In this document: one piece after another, positions 1-9,785 of the stretch
Layout: each line of letters begins with the position of its first letter
Numbering within the stretch: the stretch's first letter is position 1
Position numbers and translations under genes: made by a program
The notes under the pieces: model-generated
Database searches by the model: none
Told to the model about the DNA's origin: nothing
What the model saw: the letters and a program-made list of their open reading frames with translations, nothing else
Assembly (NCBI GenBank): GCA_016869645.1
Contig: VGDO01000001.1
Location: forward strand, 73,957 to 137,956
Source of the DNA: Alphaproteobacteria bacterium
GTDB lineage: Bacteria > Pseudomonadota > Alphaproteobacteria > SHVW01
Direction of reading: 5' to 3'
DNA length: 64,000 nucleotides

Positions 1-551
1 TCTGCGTCACGGTCGGCATCACGGTCGGCCTGCTGATGGGCATGAACGAGACGGTGCAGGGACTGCTCGATCCGCCGATCGAGATCACGCGACCGATCCC
101 GAAGCTGGCCCTGCTGCCGCTGCTCATCATCTGGTTCGGCATCGGCGAGCTGTCCAAGGTCATCGTCATCATCATGGCATTGTTCCCGCTCATGTCGATC
201 AGCGCCATGCAGGCCGTGCGTGGAGTCAGCCGACGAAAGATCCAGGCCGCCTACTCGCTGGGCGCCACCCGATGGATCGTGTTCTGGAGGGTCGTTCTGC
301 CGGCGAGTCTGCCCGGCATCTTCACGGCGATCCGGCTCAGCCTCGGCGTCGGCGTGACCATGCTGGTCGGCGCCGAAATGATCGCCACCAGCAATGGTAT
401 TGCCTGGATGGCGCTCAGCGCCGCCGACTTCCTGCTGACCGACGTAGTGCTGGTCGGCGTGCTGATGATGGCTGGTCTCGGATACAGCCTCGACCAGCTT
501 GCGCGAGTCATCGAGCGTCGGGTCGTGCACTGGAGCGGCAAGGACAGTTGA
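1..551 (+). CDS. ABC transporter permease, NitT/TauT (SsuC/TauC-like) family, 5'-truncated by window edge
   Basis: The frame is open to the window start (CVTVGITVGLL... precedes the track ORF 36..551). The protein is hydrophobic and multi-TM, with the conserved loop AAYSLGATRWIVFWRVVLPASLPGIF typical of this permease family. Confidence 0.8.
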   Translation, partial: CVTVGITVGLLMGMNETVQGLLDPPIEITRPIPKLALLPLLIIWFGIGELSKVIVIIMALFPLMSISAMQAVRGVSRRKIQAAYSLGATRWIVFWRVVLPASLPGIFTAIRLSLGVGVTMLVGAEMIATSNGIAWMALSAADFLLTDVVLVGVLMMAGLGYSLDQLARVIERRVVHWSGKDS

Positions 552-556
552 GCCTG

Positions 557-1369
557 ATGCCCCGGTGGCGGACGATGGCTTGTCTATCACTGATCGCGTT
601 GGCGCTATCGGTGGATGTCACCAGCGGAGCGACCGATCGAGCAGAGCCGTCCGACGAAGAGATCGGCGCTTTCGCGCCGCGCCGTGCCTCGATCAAGGCC
701 ATGGTCGCCCGTGGCTTCCGGCCGACCGGTTTGGAACCCATCTATCCGGCGCAGGCGAAATGTCCGGCGATCAGCTCCCCCTTTGCCGTCATGACGCGCG
801 GCGATGGCAGTCGGCGCGCAGCCCAGTTCTTCGCCGGCTATCACGGCGGCATCGACATTCCCGTTCCGGAGGGTACGCCCGTCCTGGCAATGGCCGACGG
901 TGTCGTCATCTACAAGGGCGAAGGCGGGTCGATCGGCGGCATCGGCCTGATTCTGCAGCACACCCCAGCCGATACCGGCCTGTCCGCCTGGACCTACACC
1001 GAATACAAACATCTGATGAAGGTGCCAGATCTCGAGATCGGCCAGCGCGTCCGCATGGGCGATACGATCGCATTGTCGGGCAAGACCGGAACCGAAGGCC
1101 GTCACTATGGACCGGCCGGCCACCCGCACCTCCATCTCAGCGCTTTCTACAGCGAGCAGAGTGGCTACGTGTCCCAGCGGTTCTTCGTGCCCACAGCCGG
1201 ACGCTGGATGGATCCGCTCGCGCTCTGGCTCGGCACACTCGACTCCGACGCCCTGGCCGCCCTGCCCACCGACCGCAAGCGGGTCCTCATTGCCTATGTC
1301 GGCGCCGACGGCCGGGTCAATCCAGCCGGAAGCAAAATCGTCTGGCCGTTGCGCTGCGCATCGCGCTGA
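557..1369 (+). CDS. M23 (LytM-type) metallopeptidase, secreted
   Basis: The internal ATG at 557 of track ORF 272..1369 gives a signal-like N-terminus, MPRWRTMACLSLIALALS. M23 motifs are present: HGGIDIPVPEGTPVLAMADG (HxxxD) and GHPHLHLS (HxH). The upstream part of the ORF overlaps the previous gene. Confidence 0.8.
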   Translation: MPRWRTMACLSLIALALSVDVTSGATDRAEPSDEEIGAFAPRRASIKAMVARGFRPTGLEPIYPAQAKCPAISSPFAVMTRGDGSRRAAQFFAGYHGGIDIPVPEGTPVLAMADGVVIYKGEGGSIGGIGLILQHTPADTGLSAWTYTEYKHLMKVPDLEIGQRVRMGDTIALSGKTGTEGRHYGPAGHPHLHLSAFYSEQSGYVSQRFFVPTAGRWMDPLALWLGTLDSDALAALPTDRKRVLIAYVGADGRVNPAGSKIVWPLRCASR

Positions 1370-1376
1370 GAGCAGT

Positions 1377-3389
1377 TCACACGGCCTTGCGCGGTACCCT
1401 CATCGTCGTGTCGCGCGCGAATATCTGCTTGTCGCCTTCGCGCGCCTCGAGCCGCGTCTCGACCGTGAACGCGCCGCCGTGCCCTTTCACGCGCGTGCGC
1501 GCCGTGCCGCCGACACGCCAGCTCCCGCGCGACAACTGCCAGCGCGTGTCGACCTCGACCTCGGCGGTGGCGGGATCGGCGGGCAGCATTCGCGTGCGTT
1601 TGATCGAGACTTCGTCGGCCTCGATATCGACGTCGCCGTAGTGGGTGGCGCCGAAATCCTCCTCCACTTCGTGGGTTCGGCGATCGGCCTCGTCGAAGCC
1701 GTCCCGCCGCTCGTAACGCATCGAGCGGCGCACCGTCATCGCCACGGACGGCGCGGTTTGCGGCTCCATATCGACGGTCGTCGCCAGTCCGCGATCGGAC
1801 AGCACGGGCAGGCTCAGTTTGCTCGCGCCAGTGATCACCGTGACGCGCGCCGCAGTCGGCGCCGGCCAGATCATCGGCCAATACGAGTTCGACAGCGCGA
1901 TGCGCAGCCGATGGCCGGCTGGCACCGCGTAGCCGGTCTCGTAGAGCGGCAGCCGCACACGATAGCGCTTGCCCGGTTCTAGAGGCGCCGGATTGTCGAC
2001 ACCGTCGCGGTGCATGAGATTGAGCGCGCCGAAGGTGATGCGCCGCGACATGCCGTTGGGCGCCACATCGCACAGCCGCGCGACGATCTGCGCGCAGGGC
2101 TGGTCGGTCGAGACGTCGAGATCGAGCACGGGCGCACCCATGAGCTCGAGCCGGCCGGCGAGCGGCTCCGAATTGAAGCAGAGCGAGGCGGCATCATCGC
2201 CGCGCTGATCGTTGGCCATTTCGGGATTGGCGCCGGTCGTGAAGATCGGCATCCATTCGCCGCCGGCGGCACCCACGGCACCGCGCCAGGCGATGGTCAG
2301 CGGCACTTCCTGGCCGGCGGTCGCTTCGAGGCGCGCAGGATTGAGCACCAGCTCCTGCGTCGTCACCGCGGCGTCGGGCCAGGCCGCGAGTCCGACCCAA
2401 CGCCCGGTCTGGACCGTTGGACGCGGATCGGCAGGTGCCGCCTCGGCGAGCCAAAGGCGGATCGCCGGACCTTCCATGACGCCGGTCTTCTTGCTCTTCA
2501 GCCAGTGGTCGAGCCAGCGCAGCACTTCCTGCAGATAACCGATCGCCGGCCCCGGCAGGCCGACATGGGGATAGCGATGCGACCATGGACCGATCAGGCC
2601 GCGCTTCGGCGCCTTCGCGGTCGCCAGCACGCGCAGCATGGCGGTCGCGAAGCCGGGATCGGCCCAGCCCGAGATCGCGAAGACGGGGCAGCTGATCCGA
2701 TCGATGCGGTCGCGCACGCTGGCGATCTGCCAGAACTCGTCACGCCCCTGATGAGTCAGCCAGCTCTCGCCGGTAAAAGTGCAACCGTTCAGCCGCTCGA
2801 GCCAGAGCTCGCGCCAGCGCTCACCGACAATCGCCGGATCGGGCGGCCGCACGGCATAGAGGATCCAGGCGGGTATGTTGGCGGGGTTCGTCGTCAGCAT
2901 CGCGCCGCCAACGAACTTGGTGGCATAGCGATCGTCGACGCCGGCGGCGCAGACGATGGTCTTGAGCGCGGGCGGCTGGAGCGCGGCGGTCTGCAGCGAG
3001 ATGCCCGCACCCCAGGACAGGCCGAACATGGCGACCGACCCGTTGCACCAGGGCTGGGATGCGATCCACTGGATCGCCTCGGCGGCGTCCTCGGCGTAGC
3101 GCATGGAGAACTGCTCGCCGAACAGCCCTTCCGAATCCCCGGTGCCGCGCACGTCGAGCCGGATCGAGGCATAGCCGTGCCCGGCGAGGTAGCCGTGGTT
3201 GGCCCAGTCGCGCCCGGCCGTCATGTCGCGCTTGCGGTAGGGGATGTATTCGAGGATGGCCGGCACGGGTGCCTTCTCGGCACCCTCAGGCAGCCACAGG
3301 CGCGCCGCCAGCCGCGTGCCGTCCTTCAGCGCAATCCACTGATGGTCGACGACGCGGACCTTGTATGGCAGGTCGGTGACGATGCGCAT
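1377..3389 (-). CDS. CocE/NonD family (S15, X-Pro dipeptidyl-peptidase-like) hydrolase, paralog 1
   Basis: Start taken at the ATG at 3389 (MRIVTDLPYKV...). N-terminus reads RLAARLWLPEGAEKAPVPAILEYIPYRKRD, and the nucleophile elbow is GLSWGAG. About 670 aa, typical for the family. Confidence 0.85.
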   Translation of the reverse strand: MRIVTDLPYKVRVVDHQWIALKDGTRLAARLWLPEGAEKAPVPAILEYIPYRKRDMTAGRDWANHGYLAGHGYASIRLDVRGTGDSEGLFGEQFSMRYAEDAAEAIQWIASQPWCNGSVAMFGLSWGAGISLQTAALQPPALKTIVCAAGVDDRYATKFVGGAMLTTNPANIPAWILYAVRPPDPAIVGERWRELWLERLNGCTFTGESWLTHQGRDEFWQIASVRDRIDRISCPVFAISGWADPGFATAMLRVLATAKAPKRGLIGPWSHRYPHVGLPGPAIGYLQEVLRWLDHWLKSKKTGVMEGPAIRLWLAEAAPADPRPTVQTGRWVGLAAWPDAAVTTQELVLNPARLEATAGQEVPLTIAWRGAVGAAGGEWMPIFTTGANPEMANDQRGDDAASLCFNSEPLAGRLELMGAPVLDLDVSTDQPCAQIVARLCDVAPNGMSRRITFGALNLMHRDGVDNPAPLEPGKRYRVRLPLYETGYAVPAGHRLRIALSNSYWPMIWPAPTAARVTVITGASKLSLPVLSDRGLATTVDMEPQTAPSVAMTVRRSMRYERRDGFDEADRRTHEVEEDFGATHYGDVDIEADEVSIKRTRMLPADPATAEVEVDTRWQLSRGSWRVGGTARTRVKGHGGAFTVETRLEAREGDKQIFARDTTMRVPRKAV

Positions 3390-3411
3390 GAGCGAGCCCT
3401 GCCCGGCCGGC

Positions 3412-4173
3412 TCAGCTCGCGTAATCGGGCTCGTGCTTGTCGAGTTGGCGACGCAAGGCGGCAAAACCCAGCGCCGCGTCCGTGCGCGCGCCGTAGGGGC
3501 CGTTGTAGCGATAGCGCAGCTGCTCCGGCAGCTTGCGCATCGGACCGAAGCCCGAACGCGCGATCCATTGCCACTCGGCGACCCGCTCGACATTGGCCAT
3601 TTCGCTATAGGCCTCGGCGATCGTGGGTCCGACCACGGTCAGACCGTGCGCCGCCATGATCATGATCGTCTTGTCGCCGAGCAGCTTCGCGATGCGGTCG
3701 CCCTCGTCATTGTCGAGCACAGGACCGTTGGTCTCGTCGTCATAGACGATGCGGTCGTTGAGCATGAGGTTGTTGGTATGCGACAGCTCGAGCCGACCGC
3801 CCTCGACCATCGACAGCGCGGTCGTGTAGGGCGGATGGACGTGCAGGATCACTGTGGCGCCGGGATTGAGCTTATGGATGCGCGCGTGAATATGATAGGC
3901 GACCTTGCGCAGCTCGCCCTTGCCGCGCACGACGTTGCCGTCGAGATCGGCAACGATCAGGTCGCTGGCGCGGATCTCGTCGAACAGCAGACCGCGCGGG
4001 TTGACCAGGAAATGGTCAGTGCCCGGAATCATCACGCTGTTGTGGTTGCCGATGCCCTCGTTCCACTTGTTGCGCGCGCACAGGCGGAAAGTCGCCGCCA
4101 GTTCGCAGCGCAGCTGCCATTCCACGGCTTCGGTGTTCTTCACTTCCTTCAATTGCGGCATGATCATCTCCAA
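3412..4173 (-). CDS. class II aldolase/adducin domain protein
   Basis: 253 aa. The metal-site region ATVILHVHPPYTTALS and the overall layout match the class II aldolase/adducin N-terminal domain. Confidence 0.85.
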   Translation of the reverse strand: MEMIMPQLKEVKNTEAVEWQLRCELAATFRLCARNKWNEGIGNHNSVMIPGTDHFLVNPRGLLFDEIRASDLIVADLDGNVVRGKGELRKVAYHIHARIHKLNPGATVILHVHPPYTTALSMVEGGRLELSHTNNLMLNDRIVYDDETNGPVLDNDEGDRIAKLLGDKTIMIMAAHGLTVVGPTIAEAYSEMANVERVAEWQWIARSGFGPMRKLPEQLRYRYNGPYGARTDAALGFAALRRQLDKHEPDYAS

Positions 4174-4263
4174 ACAGCCGCCCCGTGGACAAGGGGCGCG
4201 CGGGCGGGGCAGAATGCTACGCCAAGTTTCGTACCCATGAAAGACCTCCGGGGAGACCTTCCG

Positions 4264-5832
4264 ATGACCACGACCTTCGCATTGCTCGGACGGCGCGGGC
4301 CTGCGCTGTCTGCGCTCACGCTCGGCTTAGCGGCGCTGGCGCTCGCCAGCGCCCCCGTCCACGCCCAGAAACGGGGCGGCGACATCGTCATGGCCCAGCA
4401 GGCCCAGCCGCCCTCGATCGACGGAATGACCACGACCGCCCAGGCCGCGCGCAACATTAGCCTGCACATCTGGGAGATGATCGTGACGCGCGACGAGAAC
4501 GCCAATGTGATCGGCGATCTCGCGACCAAATGGGACATATCGCCTGACGGGCTGACCTACACCTTTACGCTGCGCGAGGGCGTCAAGTTCCACAACGGCA
4601 AGACCATGACCTCGGCCGACGCCAAGGCCTCGCTTGAGCGCTATGCCAAGGTCGGCGCCAGCCCGTTCATGAAAGCGGTCGACTCGATGGCAACGCCGGA
4701 CGCCAAGACACTGGTCATCAAGCTCAAGAATCCGGTCCCCGGTTTCCTCGAGCAGATGTCATCACCGCGTGCTCCGGCGGTCGTCATTCCCGCCGAGGAG
4801 GCAGGCAAAGAAGCCAACAAGATCGAGATCATCGGCACCGGGCCGTTCCAGTTCGTCGAATACCGGCCCGACAGCCACGTCAGGCTCAAGCGCTTCGACG
4901 GCTACGTCGCCAACACGAATTTCCAGAAACCCGATGGCTTCAGTGGCAAGAAGACCGCCTATGTCGACACGATCACCATCCGCTTCGTGCCCGAGGGCGG
5001 GGCGCGCACGGCCGGATTGCAGTCCGGTGACTTCCACGTGCTCGAGCACATGCCGACGCCGACCGCCAAGCGGCTGGCCAACGACAAGTCGGTCAAGGTG
5101 TTCGAGGCCATGCCGTGGGCCTATCAAACCTTCATCTTCAATGCCTCGTTGCCGCCGACCAACAATGCCAAGCTGCGCCAGGCGATCATGGCGGCGATCG
5201 ACGCTGAGGAAGCCATGGCGATCTCGACCGATGGGTCGTACCGCATGACCCATGGCTGGCAGCACCCAGGCACGCCCTATTTCCAAGGCGATCTGCGCAA
5301 GGAGCTCTACAATCAGAAGAACACGGACAAGGCCAAGAAGCTGCTCCAGGAATCCGGCTACAAGGGCGAGGAGCTGCTGATCCTGACCGACAGCGCCTTC
5401 AAGAACCACAATGACACCGCCGTGACCATCGGCGAGCAGCTCAAGAAGATCGGCATCAAGGTCAACATCAAGGTCACGGACTGGCCGACCGCGACGACGA
5501 CCAGCACCAAGAAGGAAGGCTGGAACGCATGGACGCTGATGATGGGCATCGAGCCCTATGAGGGCCCCTACAATGTCGTCAGCTTCTTCGCCGGCCCTGG
5601 CGCCCGCATGCAGGTGCAGGACCCGGTGATCGACGCCGCGTTCGACAAGCTCAACAACTCGCTCAAGCTGGAAGATCGCCAGGCGGCGTTCGGCGAGTTC
5701 CAGAAGCGCGTCTATGACGAGGCCTACGTCGTCAAGGTCGGCGACGTCGGCATCTACCAGGCGACGCGCGGCAACATCCAGGGCTATCGCCCCTACCGCA
5801 TCCCGCGCATGTGGGACATCTGGATCGAGTAG
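4264..5832 (+). CDS. ABC transporter substrate-binding protein, family 5 (DppA/OppA-like)
   Basis: The ATG at 4264 is preceded by GGGGAG at 8 nt. Signal peptide MTTTFALLGRRGPALSALTLGLAALALASAPVHAQ. An alternative ATG at 4237 lacks an SD. The long upstream part of track ORF 3361..5832 is antisense to the aldolase gene. Confidence 0.85.
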   Translation: MTTTFALLGRRGPALSALTLGLAALALASAPVHAQKRGGDIVMAQQAQPPSIDGMTTTAQAARNISLHIWEMIVTRDENANVIGDLATKWDISPDGLTYTFTLREGVKFHNGKTMTSADAKASLERYAKVGASPFMKAVDSMATPDAKTLVIKLKNPVPGFLEQMSSPRAPAVVIPAEEAGKEANKIEIIGTGPFQFVEYRPDSHVRLKRFDGYVANTNFQKPDGFSGKKTAYVDTITIRFVPEGGARTAGLQSGDFHVLEHMPTPTAKRLANDKSVKVFEAMPWAYQTFIFNASLPPTNNAKLRQAIMAAIDAEEAMAISTDGSYRMTHGWQHPGTPYFQGDLRKELYNQKNTDKAKKLLQESGYKGEELLILTDSAFKNHNDTAVTIGEQLKKIGIKVNIKVTDWPTATTTSTKKEGWNAWTLMMGIEPYEGPYNVVSFFAGPGARMQVQDPVIDAAFDKLNNSLKLEDRQAAFGEFQKRVYDEAYVVKVGDVGIYQATRGNIQGYRPYRIPRMWDIWIE

Positions 5833-5845
5833 CGCAACTCCTGGC

Positions 5846-5940
5846 CTCACCCCGCACCCTCATCCTCCCTCGCAAGGGGGGAGAGGATTTGCGGCAAAAT
5901 TTGGTCCCTTCCCCCTTGCGGGGAAGGGCGGGGTGGGGGG
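5846..5940. repeat. GC-rich REP-like intergenic element between the SBP and permease genes
   Basis: Contains the hairpin CCCTTCCCC-cttgc-GGGGAAGGG (5906-5928) and an imperfect one around 5864-5890 (cctccctcgcaaggggggagagg). Its reverse translation gives the PLRGRMRVRGE-type spurious peptide that I associate with Rhizobiales intergenic repeats. Confidence 0.5.
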
Positions 5941-5970
5941 TCATGCCAACCGCTCGGGATATCGCCTAGC

Positions 5971-6921
5971 ATGCTGCGCTTCCTGGTCCATCGCCTGTTC
6001 AGCGCGGTTCCCGTCCTCTTCATCGTCTCGCTCGTCTCGTTCTTGCTGATCTGGCTGGTGCCCGGCGACGTCGCATCGACGATTGCCGATCCCGGTGCGT
6101 CTGCGGAGGAACTCCAGCGCATCCGCATGCGGCTCAACCTGGACAAGCCCTGGCACCTGCAGATGCTGCACTGGTACGGCAATCTTGTGCAGGGCGACCT
6201 CGGCCAGTCCTTCCTGCTCAACCGTGGCGTCGGCCAGGCGATCGTCGAGCGCCTGCCCGTGACTCTGTCGCTGACCGCCATTGCGCTCACGCTATCGCTT
6301 CTCCTCGGCGTGCTCAGCGGCGTGATCGCCTCGGTCCGGCATGGCACTTGGCTCGACCAGTCGTTCATGACACTCGCCCTGCTCGGCCTTTCGATCCCTG
6401 ATTTCTGGCTCGGCCTAGTCGGCATCTACGTCTTTGCGGTGGCATTGGGCTGGCTGCCATCGAGCGGTTTCGTGCCGATCGACCAGAGTTTCGTCGGCTG
6501 GGCGCGCTCCATGGCGCTTCCGGCGCTGACGCTCGCGACCACGCAAATGGGCCTGCTGGCGCGCATCACGCGGTCCAGCATGCTCGAAGTGCTGCGCCAG
6601 GATTTCGTGCGCACTGCGCGTGCCAAGGGTCTGCCCGGCTTCAAGGTCGTGGGCAAGCACGCGCTGACCAATGCGCTCATCCCCGTCATCACGGTCGCCG
6701 GCGTGGTCGTCGGCATATTGCTCGGTGGCGCCGTCGTCATCGAGCAGGTCTTCGCGTTGCCCGGCGTCGGACGCCTGATCATCGGCGCCGTGCTGCGGCG
6801 CGACTATCCCGTCATCCAGGGCGGGCTCCTGCTGCTCGCCTCGATCTACGTCTTCGTCAACATTGCGGTCGACCTGCTCTACGCCTATGTCGACCCTCGC
6901 GTGCGCTATGACGACCGCTGA
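5971..6921 (+). CDS. ABC transporter permease (DppB/OppB-like)
   Basis: 316 aa, starts MLRFLVHRLFSAVPVLFIVSLVSFLLIWLVPGD and ends DPRVRYDD. Classic PepT-family first permease. Confidence 0.9.
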   Translation: MLRFLVHRLFSAVPVLFIVSLVSFLLIWLVPGDVASTIADPGASAEELQRIRMRLNLDKPWHLQMLHWYGNLVQGDLGQSFLLNRGVGQAIVERLPVTLSLTAIALTLSLLLGVLSGVIASVRHGTWLDQSFMTLALLGLSIPDFWLGLVGIYVFAVALGWLPSSGFVPIDQSFVGWARSMALPALTLATTQMGLLARITRSSMLEVLRQDFVRTARAKGLPGFKVVGKHALTNALIPVITVAGVVVGILLGGAVVIEQVFALPGVGRLIIGAVLRRDYPVIQGGLLLLASIYVFVNIAVDLLYAYVDPRVRYDDR

Positions 6922-7798
6922 TCTCACCGACGACGACCGCGGCATGCTCGGGCGCATCGTCGATCCGGCGCTGCTGCGCCGGCTGTTTCGCAACCGCTCC
7001 TTCGCCATCGGCTTCACGATGTTCGTCGTGGTGGTCTTGATCGCATTCTTCGCCGACCTGCTCGCGCCGCACGATCCCCTGCAGAACAACTACCGCTACC
7101 GCCTGGGTGAGCCCAACCAGGTGCATCTGCTGGGCACGGACAATTTCGGCCGGGACATCCTGAGTCGCGTTCTGCACGGCAGTCGCGTCTCGCTCGTCAT
7201 CGGCCTGCTGGTTGTCATGCTGACTGCCGTATTCGGCACGCTGATCGGCGCCGTATCGGGCTACGTGCGCCAACTCGACAACGTGATCATGCGCGTGATG
7301 GACGGCCTCATGGCATTCCCGCCGATCCTGTTGGCAATCGCCATCGGTGCCACACTGGGGCCGTCGCTGTTCAACGCGGTGATCGCGCTGACCGTCGCCT
7401 ACACCCCGCGTACGGCGCGCATCGTGCGCGCCTCGGTCCTGGTCGTACGCGAGACAGAGTTCGTCGAGGCGGCACGTGCGCTTGGTGCCGGCCATCTGCG
7501 CATCCTGTTTCGCCACATCCTGGCCAATAGCCTGGCGCCGCTCATCGTCCAGCTCACCTTCATCTTCGCCCTGTCGATCCTGGCCGAAGCGGTGCTGAGC
7601 TATATCGGCGTCGGCCCGCGACCACCTACGCCGACCTTCGGCAACATCATTGCGGAAGGACGCAACTACATCGCCGAGGCCCCATGGATCACGATCTGGC
7701 CCGGCATCGCCATCATGACGACCGTGCTCGGCCTTAACCTGCTCGGCGATGGACTTCGTGACGTGCTCGACCCGCGGCTGCGCGTGGAGGGCAGGTGA
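6908..7798 (+). CDS. ABC transporter permease (DppC/OppC-like)
   Basis: The ATG at 6908 overlaps the end of the upstream permease. HLLGTDNFGRDILSRV motif, C-terminus DPRLRVEG. Confidence 0.85.
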   Translation: MTTADLTDDDRGMLGRIVDPALLRRLFRNRSFAIGFTMFVVVVLIAFFADLLAPHDPLQNNYRYRLGEPNQVHLLGTDNFGRDILSRVLHGSRVSLVIGLLVVMLTAVFGTLIGAVSGYVRQLDNVIMRVMDGLMAFPPILLAIAIGATLGPSLFNAVIALTVAYTPRTARIVRASVLVVRETEFVEAARALGAGHLRILFRHILANSLAPLIVQLTFIFALSILAEAVLSYIGVGPRPPTPTFGNIIAEGRNYIAEAPWITIWPGIAIMTTVLGLNLLGDGLRDVLDPRLRVEGR

Positions 7799-8790
7799 AC
7801 GCCACCCCCCTCCTCCAGGTGCGCGGCCTGGTCACCACCTTTCCGACTGCCGCCGGTGTCACCGCGGTGGTCGACCGGATCGACTTCGATGTCGCGCCCG
7901 GCGAGGTCCTTGGCATCGTCGGCGAGAGCGGCAGCGGCAAGAGCGTGACGGCGCTGTCGATCATGCGCCTGATCTCGTGGCCCGGCCGGGTGACGGCCGA
8001 CACGATTCGCCTCGCCGGCGAGGATCTGCTCGCCAAGAGCGAGGCCGAGATGCAGCACATCCGCGGCGCCGCCATGTCCATGATCTTCCAGGAGCCGATG
8101 GCCTCGCTCAACCCGGTGTTCTCGGTCGGCGACCAGATCATCGAGACGCTGCGGCACCACCAGGGCATGGGTCGCCACGCCGCACGCGCCAAGGCGCTCG
8201 AGCTGCTGCGCCTGGTCGAGATCCCGTCGGCCGAGCGCCGCATCGACGACTATCCTCACCAAATGTCCGGCGGCATGCGCCAGCGCGTCATGATCGCAAT
8301 CGCGCTCGCCTGCCGGCCGCAACTGCTGATCGCCGACGAGCCGACGACCGCACTCGACGTGACCATTCAGGCGCAGATCCTGGATCTGCTGCGCCAGCTC
8401 CAGCGCGACATGGCAATGGCCGTCATCCTCATCACCCACGACCTCGGCGTGGTCGCTGAGTTCGCCCAGCGCACGCTGGTCATGTATGCCGGCCGGATCG
8501 TCGAGGAGGCGCCCGTACGCGCCGCCTTCAAGACGCCGATGCATCCCTATACCGAAGGGCTGCTTGCTTCGATTCCGCCGCTCGACGGCCCGCGCGGCCG
8601 GCTCGTCGCCATCGATGGCACCGTGCCGGCGCCGGGCGCCATGCCCGCGGGCTGCCGGTTCAATCCCCGCTGCCGCTATGTGCGCAACCCGTGCCGCGAG
8701 ATCGACCCGCCGCTCCTCGCCTTGGCCGAGCGGCAGCGCGCGGCGTGCATCCGCCACGGCGGCTATCGCCTCGATGGGGCCGACCCGTGA
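7795..8790 (+). CDS. ABC transporter ATP-binding protein (DppD/OppD-like)
   Basis: GTG start overlaps the upstream TGA (GTGA at 7795-7798). Walker A GESGSGKS, signature LSGGMRQR, C-terminal oligopeptide domain with CRFNPRC. Confidence 0.9.
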   Translation: MNATPLLQVRGLVTTFPTAAGVTAVVDRIDFDVAPGEVLGIVGESGSGKSVTALSIMRLISWPGRVTADTIRLAGEDLLAKSEAEMQHIRGAAMSMIFQEPMASLNPVFSVGDQIIETLRHHQGMGRHAARAKALELLRLVEIPSAERRIDDYPHQMSGGMRQRVMIAIALACRPQLLIADEPTTALDVTIQAQILDLLRQLQRDMAMAVILITHDLGVVAEFAQRTLVMYAGRIVEEAPVRAAFKTPMHPYTEGLLASIPPLDGPRGRLVAIDGTVPAPGAMPAGCRFNPRCRYVRNPCREIDPPLLALAERQRAACIRHGGYRLDGADP

Positions 8791-9770
8791 CGGATCCGGT
8801 CCTGATCGAGGCGCGCGGCCTGACCAAACACTTTCCGCTGCGCAAGGGCTTCATCCTCGGCCGCAACCTCGGCACCGTGCGCGCGGTCGACGGTGTCGAT
8901 TTCGACATCCGCACGGGTGAGACCCTGGCGCTGGTCGGCGAGTCCGGCTGCGGCAAGTCGACGACGGGGCGCTTGCTGCTGCGCCTGGTCGAGCCGACCG
9001 CCGGGTCGATCCGCTACAAGGGCGAAGATGTCGCTGCGCTCGCCGGCGAAGCCCTGCGGGCGCGCCGCCGCGACCTCCAGATCATCTTCCAGGACCCGGT
9101 CGGGTCGCTCAATCCGCGCATGACCGTCGGCGAGATCCTGGCCGAGCCGCTGGTGATCCACGGCATCGGCGACGCCGCCGGACGCGCGCGCCGGGTCCGC
9201 GAGCTGCTCAGCCTGGTCGGTCTCGCGCAGCACCATGCGCGGCGCTATCCCCATGAATTCTCCGGCGGCCAGCGCCAGCGCGTCGGCATCGCCCGCGCCC
9301 TGGCGCTGCAGCCGGCCTTCCTGGTCTGCGACGAGCCGGTCTCGGCGCTCGACGTGTCGATACAGGCCCAGATCATCAACCTCATGCAGGAGCTCCAGCG
9401 CGAGCTGCGCCTGACCTACCTGTTCATCTCGCACAACCTTGCGGTGGTTCGTCACATCGCCAGCCGCGTCGCCGTCATGTATCTCGGCCGCATCGTCGAG
9501 CTGGCCGAGACCGACGAGCTGTTCGCGCGCCCCAGGCACCCGTACACCCAGGCGCTCCTGTCTGCGGTGCCGACCCCCGATCCCGACCGGCCGCGCCGGC
9601 GCATCCAGCTCCAGGGCGATGTGCCTAGCCCGATCAACCCGCCAGCGGGCTGCCGCTTCCACACGCGCTGCCCGCTCGCCGAGGCGCAGTGCCGAATCGT
9701 CGAGCCGGTTCTGCATGCCGTGGCTCCCGGCCACGCAGCCGCGTGCCACCTGGTGCGGCCGATCTCCTGA
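8787..9770 (+). CDS. ABC transporter ATP-binding protein (DppF/OppF-like)
   Basis: GTG at 8787 overlaps the upstream TGA (GTGA). Walker [10 protein letters not shown], signature FSGGQRQR, and [12 protein letters not shown]...GCRFHTRCP. Confidence 0.9.
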   Translation: MTDPVLIEARGLTKHFPLRKGFILGRNLGTVRAVDGVDFDIRTGETLALVGESGCGKSTTGRLLLRLVEPTAGSIRYKGEDVAALAGEALRARRRDLQIIFQDPVGSLNPRMTVGEILAEPLVIHGIGDAAGRARRVRELLSLVGLAQHHARRYPHEFSGGQRQRVGIARALALQPAFLVCDEPVSALDVSIQAQIINLMQELQRELRLTYLFISHNLAVVRHIASRVAVMYLGRIVELAETDELFARPRHPYTQALLSAVPTPDPDRPRRRIQLQGDVPSPINPPAGCRFHTRCPLAEAQCRIVEPVLHAVAPGHAAACHLVRPIS

Positions 9771-9785
9771 CGCGAGAGCTCCGGT

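Noticed and set aside
2825-2833. An extra copy of the box core CGACAATCG inside the CocE/NonD paralog 1 coding sequence.
   Set aside because: It is an isolated 9-mer without the flanking ATATT or second heptamer, and it lies within a CDS. It is taken as a chance occurrence, and it lowers confidence in the degenerate sites at 36411 and 31279.
2010-3659. Very long antisense or alternative-frame ORFs throughout the track. Examples: 2010..3659 (+), 4762..5850 (-), 15805..17295 (+), 18202..19734 (+), 20223..21782 (+), 24186..25370 (-), 34578..36368 (+), 52043..53989 (-), 57455..58984 (-).
   Set aside because: They lie opposite or out of frame to genes with clear family motifs. Their translations are Arg/Ala/Gly/Pro-rich low-complexity strings without recognisable domains. 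Such stop-free shadow frames are expected in GC-rich DNA.
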